A stretch of DNA of 64,000 nucleotides, taken from the NCBI GenBank assembly GCA_016748015.1, contig JAAOMT010000664.1, positions 1,788,576 through 1,852,575 of the forward strand, written 5' to 3'. The stretch is from Geosiphon pyriformis uo1 (Eukaryota > Fungi > Glomeromycota). Positions 1 to 11,232 of this stretch are shown here, in pieces (position 1 is the first letter of the stretch; each line of letters begins with the position of its first letter). A program made the translations under genes and the position numbers. The notes below the pieces were generated by a model that searched no databases, had not been told where the DNA came from, and worked only from the letters and a program-made list of their open reading frames with translations.

Positions 1-37
1 TTTGGGATAATTGTTGAATGTTTTGAGGAATAGTCAT
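1..37 (-). CDS. Start of accessory ORF3 of copy A (MTIPQNIQQLS...), truncated by window edge
   Basis: Reverse complement matches the start of ORF 10251-10970. Confidence 0.8.
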   Translation of the reverse strand, partial: MTIPQNIQQLSQ

Positions 38-152
38 TATAAGCAATTGAAAAAATAAAAAATTATTTTTGGTGTATGGGTTTTTATGTTATTTTTGTTT
101 TGTTTTTGTGAGATTGTTTCTAAATTATAAGAGAATAACTAGTAAAATTAAA

Positions 153-1538
153 TTAAGTGTTCAGGTTGGAAGGTTGTTCAATGACAACTATTGGTTCTAA
201 GTTTCAGGAAATATCTTCGGGACTGACCAAAGGGGAATGTGTACCAATTTGTGGAATTAATGATTCAGAATTGTTTCTGGAATGATAGTGTTTTAAACGA
301 TCTCCATGTGCAACTTTTGCTAGGATTTTGTCATCAAGTCTTAGCTTGTATGATCCATTGCCTAGGATTTCATGGATAAAGAATGGTCCATCCTATTTAT
401 TTTCAAATTTTCCACTCCATTGTTTTTTAGCTTTAGTTCTGTGTAAGAGAACTTTGTTTTCAATTTTGAATTTATTGGTGACTGAAGGCAATTTGTCATC
501 ATGCCGTTCTTTTTGTTGAGCTTGGGAGTGTTCAATATGGGTGGCTGCTATTCGTCGTTTTCCTTTCAATGTGCTAAGCAGAGTGTAGGCTCTTCGCTAA
601 AGCGTTTCTTGGAAATTGTTTTCATCGATCAGTTGTGCTGGGTATGTTTCCACTGTGAAACTAATTGGTAATGTTGCCATCCTTTCATAAGTTAAATCAA
701 ATGGTGTGTGTTTCATGGTATCTTGTTTTAATGTCCTATATGCTAGTAACACTGATGGAATAAAGAGATCTCATTCTTGCTCAAAATCAGTTGAAACTTT
801 GGCTAATGATTCACACAATGTTCTGTTAAAATGTTCCACAAGTCCGTTTGTTTGTGGATGGTAAGGTGAAGACAGAGGTCTTTTGACATTGAATCGTTCA
901 CAAATTTCTTGTATCAGGTTGTTCACAAAGTGTGTTCTCTAATCGGATAAAAGTTCAATTGGACATCTATGTCTACAAATGATGTCTTCGTAGATGAAAT
1001 TTGCTACTGATTTTGCATCTGCTCGTTGAATGGCTCTGGCTTCAGGCCATTTAGTAAGATAGTCTACAGCTACTGCAATATAATGGTTTCTTTGAGTGGT
1101 GATAGATAGTGGTCCGACTAAATCAATACCAACTCTGTCAAAAGGCTGTCCAACTTTGATTGGATTTAAAGGTTCTATAGGGCGAGTTCCTTCTCTTCTT
1201 TGACAACTATCACAAGATTCAACATATTCGTGAATGTCTTTTCTCATTCGAGGCCAAAAGTAGTATTCTAGTGTTTTTTAGGTGGTGCTATCTTTTCCGA
1301 AGTGTGTTGATGAAGGATCTGAGTGCATATTGTATAAAATGATCTTTTTTTCCTGTTTTTGTATTAATCTGAGTGGTTTGGTTGGGTTTTTGAAATTTCG
1401 ATGATAGATAATATTGTTGTGTAGAAAATATTGTTTGGCTTGTTGTTGTAACCGATGTTTTTCATCTGGGGACCAATCTGTTGGGATTGTTAATGTCTCC
1501 AAATATTGTTTGAGATTGTTGTAGTTTTCGGGATTTAT
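153..1538 (-). pseudogene. Integrase ORF of copy A (HHCC, DDE core, GPY/F C-terminus, no chromodomain)
   Basis: CDSCQ, GIDLVGP, DYLTKWPEA, HPQTNGLVE and NGPFFI motifs; scattered stops; start codon decayed ATG>ATA at 1538. Confidence 0.9.
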
Positions 1539-1587
1539 TGTTTGTTGTTTTGATGCTGTTAATTCAAATGGGTGTTGGTTTTGTTTT

Positions 1588-4500
1588 CTAATCTTGTCTC
1601 ATTCTTAAGAGACAATCAATGTTGGTGTGAAGTTTTTCTGGTTTGTGATGTACGATATATTGGTAATTAGCTAAAAATCCTGTCCATTGGGTTTGTTTTG
1701 CGTTCAGCTGGGTGTTTTTGTTTTGAAGCCATTTAAGTCCAATATTATCAATAATAATATCAAATTTTTTGGGTCTGAGATAAAGGTTGAAGTAATATAG
1801 GGCCCAGATTACTGCTGCAGTTTTTAATTTTGTTGTGGGGTAGTTCTTTTTGGCTGGCTTTAATGTTCTACTAGCATAAACAATTACTCACTCATTTCTA
1901 TTGTCATCTAACTGTGATAGGATGGCACCAAAGGCAGTATAAGAGGCGTCAGTTGCTAACTGGAATCGGTTGCTGAAATCTGGGTAGACAAGGATTGGAG
2001 CTGTTGTGAGTTTTTTCTTAAGTATCTCGAAGGCATTTTGGTGTTCTTCTGTCCATTTGTATTCGACATTTTTAGTAGTGAGCTGGTTGAGGGGTTTTGC
2101 AATTTCTGAGAATCCTTTGATGAATTTTCGGTAATAGAATACTAATCCAATAAATCCTCTTAATTCTGTGGTATTTTGTGGAGTCTTGAAGTTCTTGACA
2201 GTACTGATTTTTCCGGGATCTGGTTTAATTCTATCTTTGCTAACAATGTAACCAAGAAAAGCTAAACTTGTTTTTCCAAAGTAGCATTTTTTAATGTTTA
2301 GTTTCAATCCTACTTTCCGTAATTGTTGAAAAACTTCTCGCAGGTGAATCAAATGTAGCTCGAAAGATGGTGAATAAACATCAATATCATCAAGATAAAC
2401 TACTACTGATTTTCAAAGGAGGCCTTTGTAAACAACATCCATGAGTTGTTGGAATGTTGCTGGTGTATTACATAATCCAAAAGGCATTACATTGAACTCG
2501 TAATTTCTTCCTTGAGTGGTGAATGCTGTTTTGGGGCGGTCTTTGGGATCCATAGCAACTTGCCAGTATCTACTCTCTAAATCTAATATTGAAAAGTATT
2601 TGGATTTTCCAAGGGCATCCAACATGTCATCAATTTGGGGAAAAGGGTAGGCATCCCCAATGGTGACACTGTTGAGTTGTCAGTAATCAACACAAAATTG
2701 TATCTTTCCATTTTTCTTTTTAACTAGGACCACAGGTGAGGCCCATGGGCTCATTGATGGTTGAATAAGCCCATTGTTAAGCATCCGTTGTACTTCTTCT
2801 CGGATAAATTGGTGACTTTCTGGGGCAACTCGGTAGGCTTGTTGTTGTCTTGGTTTGGCATCTCCTGTATAGATTTGGTGTTGAACCAAATCAGTTCTTC
2901 CTAAGTCATTGTTGTTTTTGGCGAAAATATCAGCAAATTCTGCAATTAGCTCTTTGAGCTGGGTCTGTTGTTGTGGTTCAAGTTGTCCCATGTTGATTCG
3001 AAATAGTTTTTCCATGACAACATAGTAGTTTTCAGAGCTGGGGTTTGGGTTGGTTTTTGGTATTGAATGTCCAATAATTTCAGAGAAATCGGGAACTATT
3101 TGGGGTAATTCTTGTTGAAATATATTACTGTGAATAACTCCAATTTCTAAATTATTTAATAAAATTATGGGGTAATTATTGGGGTTGTAAAAAATAACTC
3201 GGACTTTTTTTGTTCCTTCTGGAATATAAATGTTTGGGATCGAAATATTATGTTCCAAGCAGACTTGTTCATTGGATTCAAAAATTTGTTGTGTGGTTGT
3301 TGGCTTTGGGCAAATGTAGATTTCTGGATGTTCTCCAAAGGGTGAGATGGTAACTAGTTATGGAAGTCTGAGAATCTGGTGCGATTCATTCTGTGTGTTA
3401 AGAGCTATATTAACTGGAACTGTGAATCATCCAATTGAACCAAAACTTTGGGTTTCTCTATCGCTTTTTCCTAATTGTTCTCTTTGATTGACTAGTTGCA
3501 AACCCGAAATGTTGATTAAGGGTAGGTAAATAGCTTGGGCAATTTTTTCAGCATGTTCGATCTTGAATGGTTTGTCAGTTTCATTTTGAAGCATTACTGT
3601 GATGTCTCCAGTATATCCAGCATTGATTATTCCTCCTCTGACATTGATTTCTTTGCTTGCCAAAGAAGACCAGGAGGTAATTTGAACTATTGCTCCTGGC
3701 AGGATTTCGAGTGCAATTTTGAGGTTGATTTTTGTGAGAGATTTGGGTTTGAGAACAAGAGTATCCTTGCCTGGATATCTTAGGTCATATTCAGCATCAA
3801 TTTTGTGTGCTTTTTTGGGTTTTATTTCTTGTCCGTTGTTGTTGAAGTATTTAAGTTGTAAGGCAGACTGATTTTCAATAAGGTAGATGGGTGTTGTTTC
3901 AATTTCTTCCGTTTCTTCAGGTTCTTCGAATTCAATTTCATTCTCATCATTTTTGCTGGGCAAGGAGATACTAAGAGCATAGCATTCAGGACACCATTGT
4001 TCATCGCAAGGCATAATGCATTCTTCACATAACCTAATGTTCATTTGCTCTAATTGTTGAATTTGAGCTTCTTGGGTCAGGTAGGTGTGACTTGCAATTT
4101 GGTGGTAGACTTCTACTTCATCTTTGTAATCAAATCCAGCTAATTCCATAGTGTATTCAATGTATTCTGCTTCCTTTATTTGACCAACATCTTCTTTGGT
4201 AGCTCCATTAATTAATGCTATTGCTAAGTCAAAAATCATCTCGGCATCATGAGGGTAGTGATAAAGTTTGTTGAGAGCACTATTGTATGCTGCATTAAAG
4301 GGTGTTCCTCTTTTTATTTTTTCTGAAATTGATAAAGCATATTGGCAGGTCTGATCGCAGACACCTCCTCTCATTACTACATCAATTCAATTGCATTCTT
4401 CCAGTAGCATATCTCCACAAGTCAAACAAGGGGTGTTGTCCCATTTTCCGCTCCTTTTTATTAGATGGCCCCATCGCTTTCTGTGGCAAGCCTTGTAGTA

Positions 4501-7191
4501 ATAACAAGTATGATTTTCATATTCTTCTTCAGGTGAAATGCAGGCTCCCATTGACAATAGTTTCTTGTGGCAGTCCTTACATTTAAGGGGAATATAGGGG
4601 CATTGTTTTCTTGGTTCGGGTTTTGAGTAAAGTATATTCCATCCAGAGGTTTCAGGTTTAGTGTGTGGGATAAAATGTTCTTGTTCTGTTTCATCAGCCC
4701 AGTTGGACATTGATCCAAAAGCCATGAATGTTTTGATTATTGGTTTTTTTTCTTCTGGTTCAAATTCAAAAGCCGGAGTTTTTTCAGAGCATTTGTTGAA
4801 TGTACCACAAATGGCAGGTACCCGGGCATGTTGTCCTTGGTAGGAGATTGTTAACTCTTGTGTTTCCCAATTCAGATTAGCATTGGCTTTTTGAAGCCAA
4901 TCATTTCCGATGAGAGCCTGATACTGGGGTGCGTCCATTACAAGAACTTTGACTAGAATGGTGATTCTATCAAGAGTGAATGGAAAATTATCAATTTCTC
5001 CTACTGGGGTCTTTTTCATGCCATCAGCAGTGACGATTACTGTTTGAGCTGGTCGGTTAACATTTTTTTTCAACTGTTGCATCAACTGATAGGTGATAAT
5101 GCTTCCGGCGGATCCACTGTCTAGGATCAAGCGAATTGGCTTTCCTTCTACTTCAGCTTCTGTATACATTGCAGTGATGGCTTTTTGCTCATTAGCCGCT
5201 GCATTGCTAAACAAGAATGGTAATTCATTTGTTTCAAATTCGAAAGGAAAGATATCAGAGAGATTGGCGTTTTCAGCAATTTGGGCTGATGGAATTGTGG
5301 TGTAGTTATAAGAAGAGTTTTGTTGTTGTTGTGTTGTAGCTCTATTTTTCGAGAGTGCAGTATGGTGAAAATTCTGTTCTTCCAACATTGTTAAATAACT
5401 GGGTTGAGTGTGGTAGTGGTTAGGTCTTGGTTGAGTGGTATTTTGGGGAACCAATTGGTTGTTTGAACTGATTCTACTGTTGTTTACTTGGTATTGGTTT
5501 TGTGGTGTAAATTGATTTTGTGTAATCAGTCTTCGAGCAGGTACTTGATAATGTTGTGTGAGTGGTTGTTGGTATTGCTATTGGATTGGTTGTGGGGCGG
5601 GCTGATAATAGTTATTTTGGTATTGGAGTCTTGGTGGATAGTAAGCTGGTAGTGATGGTTGATAATAAAATTGCTGTGGTGGAAAGTAACATTGATTACC
5701 CCTATTTTGTTGGTCTTGTTATAGCTTTCTGCAATCTCTTTTCCAGTGGCCAGAGATTTCACAGTAATGGCAATTCTGGGACTGGTTATTGAAAAGTAGT
5801 GCAAAGTTATTTTGATTTTGTCTTTGGGGTGGTTGATATCTTTGTTGTTGTTGGTTGGTAAAATAGTTTTCGACCTTCTTTGTGAATTGGTCAATTTTTT
5901 CCTCAGCTGCTGAGCTGGTTTCTTCAATTGCCAAATTTACAAGTTTTGTACGATTGGCCTCTTCCATGGCCATTTTGTATCTTTTCGCATGCTGTATGGC
6001 AGAGTTTAAATCTTCTGGCACGTGTGGATGAATCTTTTTAATTAGTTTATTTTTTAGACCAGCAATAAATTGATCCAAGATTTGAGCATTGGAATAATAA
6101 TTGTTTGTCTCGAGTTGGCAAATCCGTCTGAGAAGTTTGTTGAATTTCCCAATATAAGTCATAACAGATTCAGAAGGTTCTTGTTTGATATTTCGAAAAT
6201 GATTGCGAAGAGTGATGGAGGTATTATTGTTGGTGAACTGTTCAAGAAAGGCTGCTTTAAAAGTGTTCCAATTATTGAATGAGGCAGCCAGGTTTTTAAA
6301 CCATTCTCTTGCTGTTCCTTTGAGAAAGTATAGAATTGTTCTTAACATTCTGGTGGCATTCCATCCATTTACATCTCTGGCTTTAATAATTTGGTCGAGC
6401 CATTCTTGAGGACTGGTCTCAATGTCTTCTCCATTAAAGTCAGGGATTTTTGCAATGTATGTTGTCATTTCGTCTTCTTTGTTTTCACTGTCTATTGATT
6501 CTTTTTCAGTTATTTCAGAGTTGTTTTCTTCATTTGCTGCTGTCTTAGAGTGTTCACTTTGATTTTCAGCTAGAAAATCAAGGAGATTGAAACTAGTTTG
6601 AAGGAGTTCTTGTTGTCTGGTGGGACTTCTGAGTGATGTAAAATTTTTTGGTCTTGTAAATCAATTCAAGAGTGAATTAAGTGTTTGTGCTTGTGCAAGT
6701 GAAGCTAGAAAAGGTGTGATAGTAAGTGAAAGTTTTGAGCTGGTTTCTTGTTCAGGTGTTTGTAGATGTTTGAATGATATTTTGGGAGTATTGGGTGTTG
6801 TGTGAACAGGTTGGTTATCTTTTTGTCTTTTGTTGCTACTGGTTTCAGGTTCAAATTCGAGTTCAAAGACAAATTGTGTGTTTGCAGGATATTTTTCTTC
6901 ACAAAATCGAATGATATTATAATTGAGTTCCTCAAAATAAGTAGTGCAAGCTTCAGCACTAATGTTTTCTGATTCAGTGTTGGAATAATGTAGTATGTTT
7001 TCAAGAAGATCTCTTTTAACTGTTGTAATGTTATAGTTCCCAAAGAGGTAGTCGTTGATTTGATTTTCGATGTATTGAAAAAGTGTTTTCTTGAAAGCTA
7101 TGATTCCGTTGCGTATTTCAAATTGTTGTTTGCAGTGTGTGTAAATCAATTGATAGTACTCTAAGGTTGTAATGTCTGAGGTGGTCGCCAC
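1588..7191 (-). pseudogene. Single-frame Gag-PR-Cys-rich-dUTPase-RT-RNase H polyprotein of copy A
   Basis: ORF fragments starting at 7191, 6468, 5454, 4374, 3258, 2625 and 2352 are all in one frame, broken only by nonsense codons; zinc knuckle CHYC..GHWKRDC; PR LILDSGS; ends at TAG 1590-1588. Confidence 0.9.
3427..3860 (-). pseudogene. dUTPase domain in pol of copy A
   Basis: Motifs DA(G)YDL, S(R)SSL, GGII(D)AGYTGDI, KIAQ, R(G)TQ(G)FGS. Confidence 0.9.
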
Positions 7192-7215
7192 TTTGAATTT
7201 GTTGCTGTGTTATTT

Positions 7216-7231
7216 CCGTGGGAGAGCACCA
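7216..7231 (-). promoter_or_regulatory. Primer-binding site TGGTGCTCTCCCACGG (tRNA ending GAGCACCA; Ile-UAU-like)
   Basis: 2 nt after the LTR-terminal CA; tRNA identity inferred from the GAGCA-CCA end. Confidence 0.8.
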
Positions 7232-7233
7232 AA

Positions 7234-8215
7234 TGTTACCAGAGGTTTTTCGTCTCTTTTCTGTAATGTTGTTGATACTTATTTGCTGTAAATTCACGTT
7301 TCCTGGGTGTGGTTGAACCTCCAGTGACTGAATTTTTAACTTTAAATTATCTCCTATAATTTGAACTTGCTGGACTTATGAGTGGAATGGCCAATTCCGT
7401 GCCAGTTGTTTTATGTAGTTATATTGTAGTAAACGTCAACTCTTTTCCAGAAATTGCTTGTCTGGAAGCTCACTAAAAATGTGTAGTTATTTTGCTGTGA
7501 AAGTCAACTCTTCTACAGAAATCTCATCTGTAGGCTACCCTAATGATTGTAATAAGAAAAGAAAAAAAAATAAAAGAAGTGTAAAAGAAATAGGATTTTA
7601 TTAAGGGAAACGTTTTCTATTCAGGCCTGGAGTCACTAACAGTTTACTGAAATTGGTAGCTAATTAATTTCAAAACGTTAGTTGGGTTTTGGGGATTTTC
7701 CAAGTGCAATAATTAAAGAATTTGGTTTTTCAAATTATTTGATATTTATTTTTTTTTGTGTGTGTAGGAATGGTTCTAAGTGATAAATCTAAAGTAAGAT
7801 ACATTTTCTCAAAGAGAGAAGCTCTTCTTTTATACAACTTGTCATAACACTATTCTATGAACTTGAACTTTGCTATTTTCTACAATTTCGTTGAACTAAA
7901 GATACATTTCAGCAAACTACAAGTTATTTCTGCGAACTATTAGATATTTCGGTAAACTATCAATTATTTCAGCGAATTTCTATAAATTTTGGCAAACTTT
8001 TGAATGTTATATAGTTCGGGATATTGCATGATTGATCATCGCAATTAGGTTACATTTGTGTTGTGTACAATTTGGATTATTAATTAAATGATAATTTCGG
8101 ACATTCTTTGCTAATGTAATAAGTGATAATTTGAAATGATAATATATGCTAATTAATAATAGGAATTATAAGATAGTTTCATGTTAAATAATATCTCTAA
8201 TTTTGTCTGATAACA
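7234..8215 (-). repeat. 5' LTR of copy A (982 bp)
   Basis: TG...CA termini; homologous to 11233-12213, 48551-49844 and 55254-56239. Confidence 0.95.
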
Positions 8216-8808
8216 TTGGAAGTTTATCAAAGGATTCTCGAAAATTACAAAACCTCTTAACCAGCTTACCACCAAAAACGTTAAATACAAATAGACTACC
8301 AAACACCAAAAAGCTTTTGAAATTCTCAAGAAAAAATTGACAACAGCTCCAATTCTCGCCTACCTGGATTTCAGCAACTGATTTTGACTAGCTACAGATG
8401 TTTTATATACTGCCTTTGGTGCTATCTTATTACAACTAGATGACAACAGAAATGAGCGAGTAATTGCTTATGCTAGCAGAACATTAAAACCAGCTGAAAA
8501 AAACTACCCTGCCACAGAACTAGAAACAGCAGCCATAATTTGGGCCCTATACCACTTCAACCTTTATCTCAGGCCTAAAGAATTCGATATTATCATTGAT
8601 AATATTGAACTCAAATGGCTTCAGAACAAAAATACTCAGCTGAATGCAAAACAAACCTGATGGACAAGATTTCTAGCAAACTATCGATACATAGTACACC
8701 ACAAACCAGGAAAACTCCACACCAATGTTGACTGTCTCTCCAGAATGAGACAAGATTAGAAAACAAAAACCAACACTCAACTTAACCAACCAAAAGAGCC
8801 AACAAACA

Positions 8809-10144
8809 ATGAATTCAGAAAACTACAACCATCTCAAACAATATTTGGAAACATTAACAATCCCAACAGATTGGTCTCCAGATGAAAAACATTGACTACA
8901 ACAACAAGCCAAACAATATTTTCTACACAACAACATTATTTATCATCGAAATTTCAAAAACCTAAACAAACCACTCAGATTCTTCATCAGCACACTTCGG
9001 AAAAGATAGCACCACCCAAAGAACATTAGAATATTATTTTTGGCCTCGAATGAGGAAAGACATTCACAAATATGTTGAATCTTGTGATAGTTGTCAAAGA
9101 AGAGAAAGAACACACCCTACTGAATCATTAAATCCAATCAAAGTTGGACAACCCTTTAACCAAGTTGGTATTGATTTATTTGGACTACTATCTATTACCA
9201 CTCAAAGAAACTGTTATATTGCAGTAGCTGTAGACTATCTTACTAAATGGCCCGAAGCCAGAGCCATTCAACGAGCAGATGCAAAATCAGTAGCAAATTT
9301 CATCTATGAAGACATCATTTGTAGACATAGATGTCCAATTGAACTTTTATCTAACCAGGGAACACACTTTGTGAACAACCTGATATAAGAAATTTGCGAA
9401 TAATTCAATGTCAAAAGACCTCTGTCTTTGCCTTATCATCCACAAACAAATGGACTTGTGGAACGTTTTAACAGAACATTGTGTAAGTCATTAGCCAAAG
9501 TCTCAACCAATTTTGAACAAGAGTGAGATATCTTTATTCCATCAGTGTTACTAGCATACAGAACACTAAAACAAGATACCACAAAACACACACCATTTGA
9601 TTTAACTTATGGAAGGACAGCAACATTACCAATTAGTTTTACAATAAAAACATACTTAGCACAACCAATCAATGAAAACAATTTTCAGAAAATGCTTCAA
9701 TGAAGAGTCTATACGCTTCTCAGCACATTGAAAGGAAAACAACAAATAGCAGCCACCCATATTGAACACTCCCAAACTCAACAAAAAGAATAGCATGACA
9801 ACAAATTGCCTCCAGTTAACAATAATTTTAAAGTTGGAAACAAAGTTCTCTTACACAGAACTAAAGCTGAAAAACAATAGAGTGGAAAATTCGAAAATAA
9901 ATGGAATGGACCATTCTTTATCCATAAAGTCCTAGGCAATAGATCATACAAGCTAAGACTTGATGACAAAATCCTAACAAAAGTTGTACATAGAGATTGT
10001 TTGAAACACTATCATGCCAGAAACAATCCTGAACCATTAATTCCACAAATTGGTACACATTCCCCTTTAGTCAATCCCAAAGATATTCTCCGAAACCTAG
10101 AACCAATAATTGTCATTGAACAACCTTCCAACCTGAACACTTAA
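8809..10144 (+). pseudogene. Integrase ORF of copy B with own ATG (MNSENYNHLKQYL...)
   Basis: Starts 52 nt after the first base of RNase H stop TAG 8757; short in-frame deletion near 8980; nonsense codons. Confidence 0.88.
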
Positions 10145-10250
10145 ATTAATTTTACTAGTTATTCCCTTATAATTTAGAAATAATCAAAACAAAAATAACA
10201 TAAAAACCCATACACCAAAAATAATTTTCTTTTATTTCAAATCACTTATA

Positions 10251-10970
10251 ATGACTATTCCTCAAAACATTCAACAATTATCCCAAAAACTAATGTTAGC
10301 TTTAAAAACAATATCTGAATTATCCATTACTGTCACTGAAAACCACATTAATTATACCCAAACAGAAGTAATTACAAAATTAGCCACAAATTCACGAAAA
10401 TATCACCCATATAAAAAGAACACAAGAAGTTATTCTGGAATTTATCTGCCAGAACTTTTAAAGCTTGCTTTAAGAGAAAACTTAATGCTCACTCTGATTA
10501 GTATTCCACCAAATGCTACAATTCAACAAAGACTTCAACTGTGTCTCAATGAAGAAAACAATGAATATCCTCCAATCTATAGATATTTCCACATTGGAAA
10601 AACACTCTACGAACAGAAACTGGAACTTACAACAGCAAATCTCACAAAAGAAGCTATTCAAAAACAACTCCACAACAAATTCAAGACAACAGCTGTACCA
10701 ACAAACAGTCGCTACAAGCTCAGAGCTGTTTTTAGACTTTATGACCTATTCTACACCTGTGAAAATGTCCTACAAAACCCAATTTTACAACCTTTGAAGA
10801 TTCAATACATTGGAAAGCTCACAGAACTGAAATTTCAACAATTTTCAGACCAAATTTCTTCAATAATTTTGGATTACTATCTGGAAATTACAGACAGTAC
10901 TTGGACTTTGACGGAGCTCAGTCTTGAAGAGGAGGTTATGTTACCAGATGAAATTAGAGATATTATTTAG
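10251..10970 (+). CDS. Accessory ORF3 of family 1, 239 aa, unknown function; overlaps PPT and start of 3' LTR
   Basis: Open 239-codon ORF between integrase and LTR; homologues at 25252+, 57375-58109 and, more weakly, 31977-32660. Confidence 0.85.
   Translation: MTIPQNIQQLSQKLMLALKTISELSITVTENHINYTQTEVITKLATNSRKYHPYKKNTRSYSGIYLPELLKLALRENLMLTLISIPPNATIQQRLQLCLNEENNEYPPIYRYFHIGKTLYEQKLELTTANLTKEAIQKQLHNKFKTTAVPTNSRYKLRAVFRLYDLFYTCENVLQNPILQPLKIQYIGKLTELKFQQFSDQISSIILDYYLEITDSTWTLTELSLEEEVMLPDEIRDII
10926..10935 (+). promoter_or_regulatory. Polypurine tract GAAGAGGAGG
   Basis: 3 nt before the LTR start TG at 10939. Confidence 0.85.
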
Positions 10971-11232
10971 CATGAAATTATCTTTATAATTCTTATCATT
11001 AATTAACATATATTATCATTTCAAATTATTACTTAGTATATTAGCAAAATGTCTGAAATTATCATTTAATTAATAACCCAATTTGTACANNNNNNNNNNN
11101 NNNNNNNNNAGCTCACAGAACTGAAATTTCAACAATTTTCAGACCAAATTTCTTCAATAATTTTGGATTACTATCTGGAAATTACAGACAGTACTTGGAC
11201 TTTGACGGAGCTCAGTCTTGAAGAGGAGGTTA

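Larger units (their letters stand above)
1..8215 (-). mobile_element. Ty3/gypsy LTR retrotransposon copy A (family 1); 3' end runs off the window; inserted into the RT of copy B
   Basis: 5' LTR 7234-8215, PBS 7216-7231, then gag, PR (LDSG), dUTPase, RT (YLDD), RNase H, integrase in gypsy order. Flank 8216+ resumes family-1 RT on the + strand. Confidence 0.95.

Noticed and set aside
7190-7231. tRNA genes at the GAGCACCA sites
   Set aside because: Only the 3'-terminal 16-17 nt match; these are primer-binding sites with no cloverleaf.
10251-10970. ORF3 as a retroviral envelope gene
   Set aside because: No signal peptide, furin site/fusion peptide or transmembrane anchor visible.
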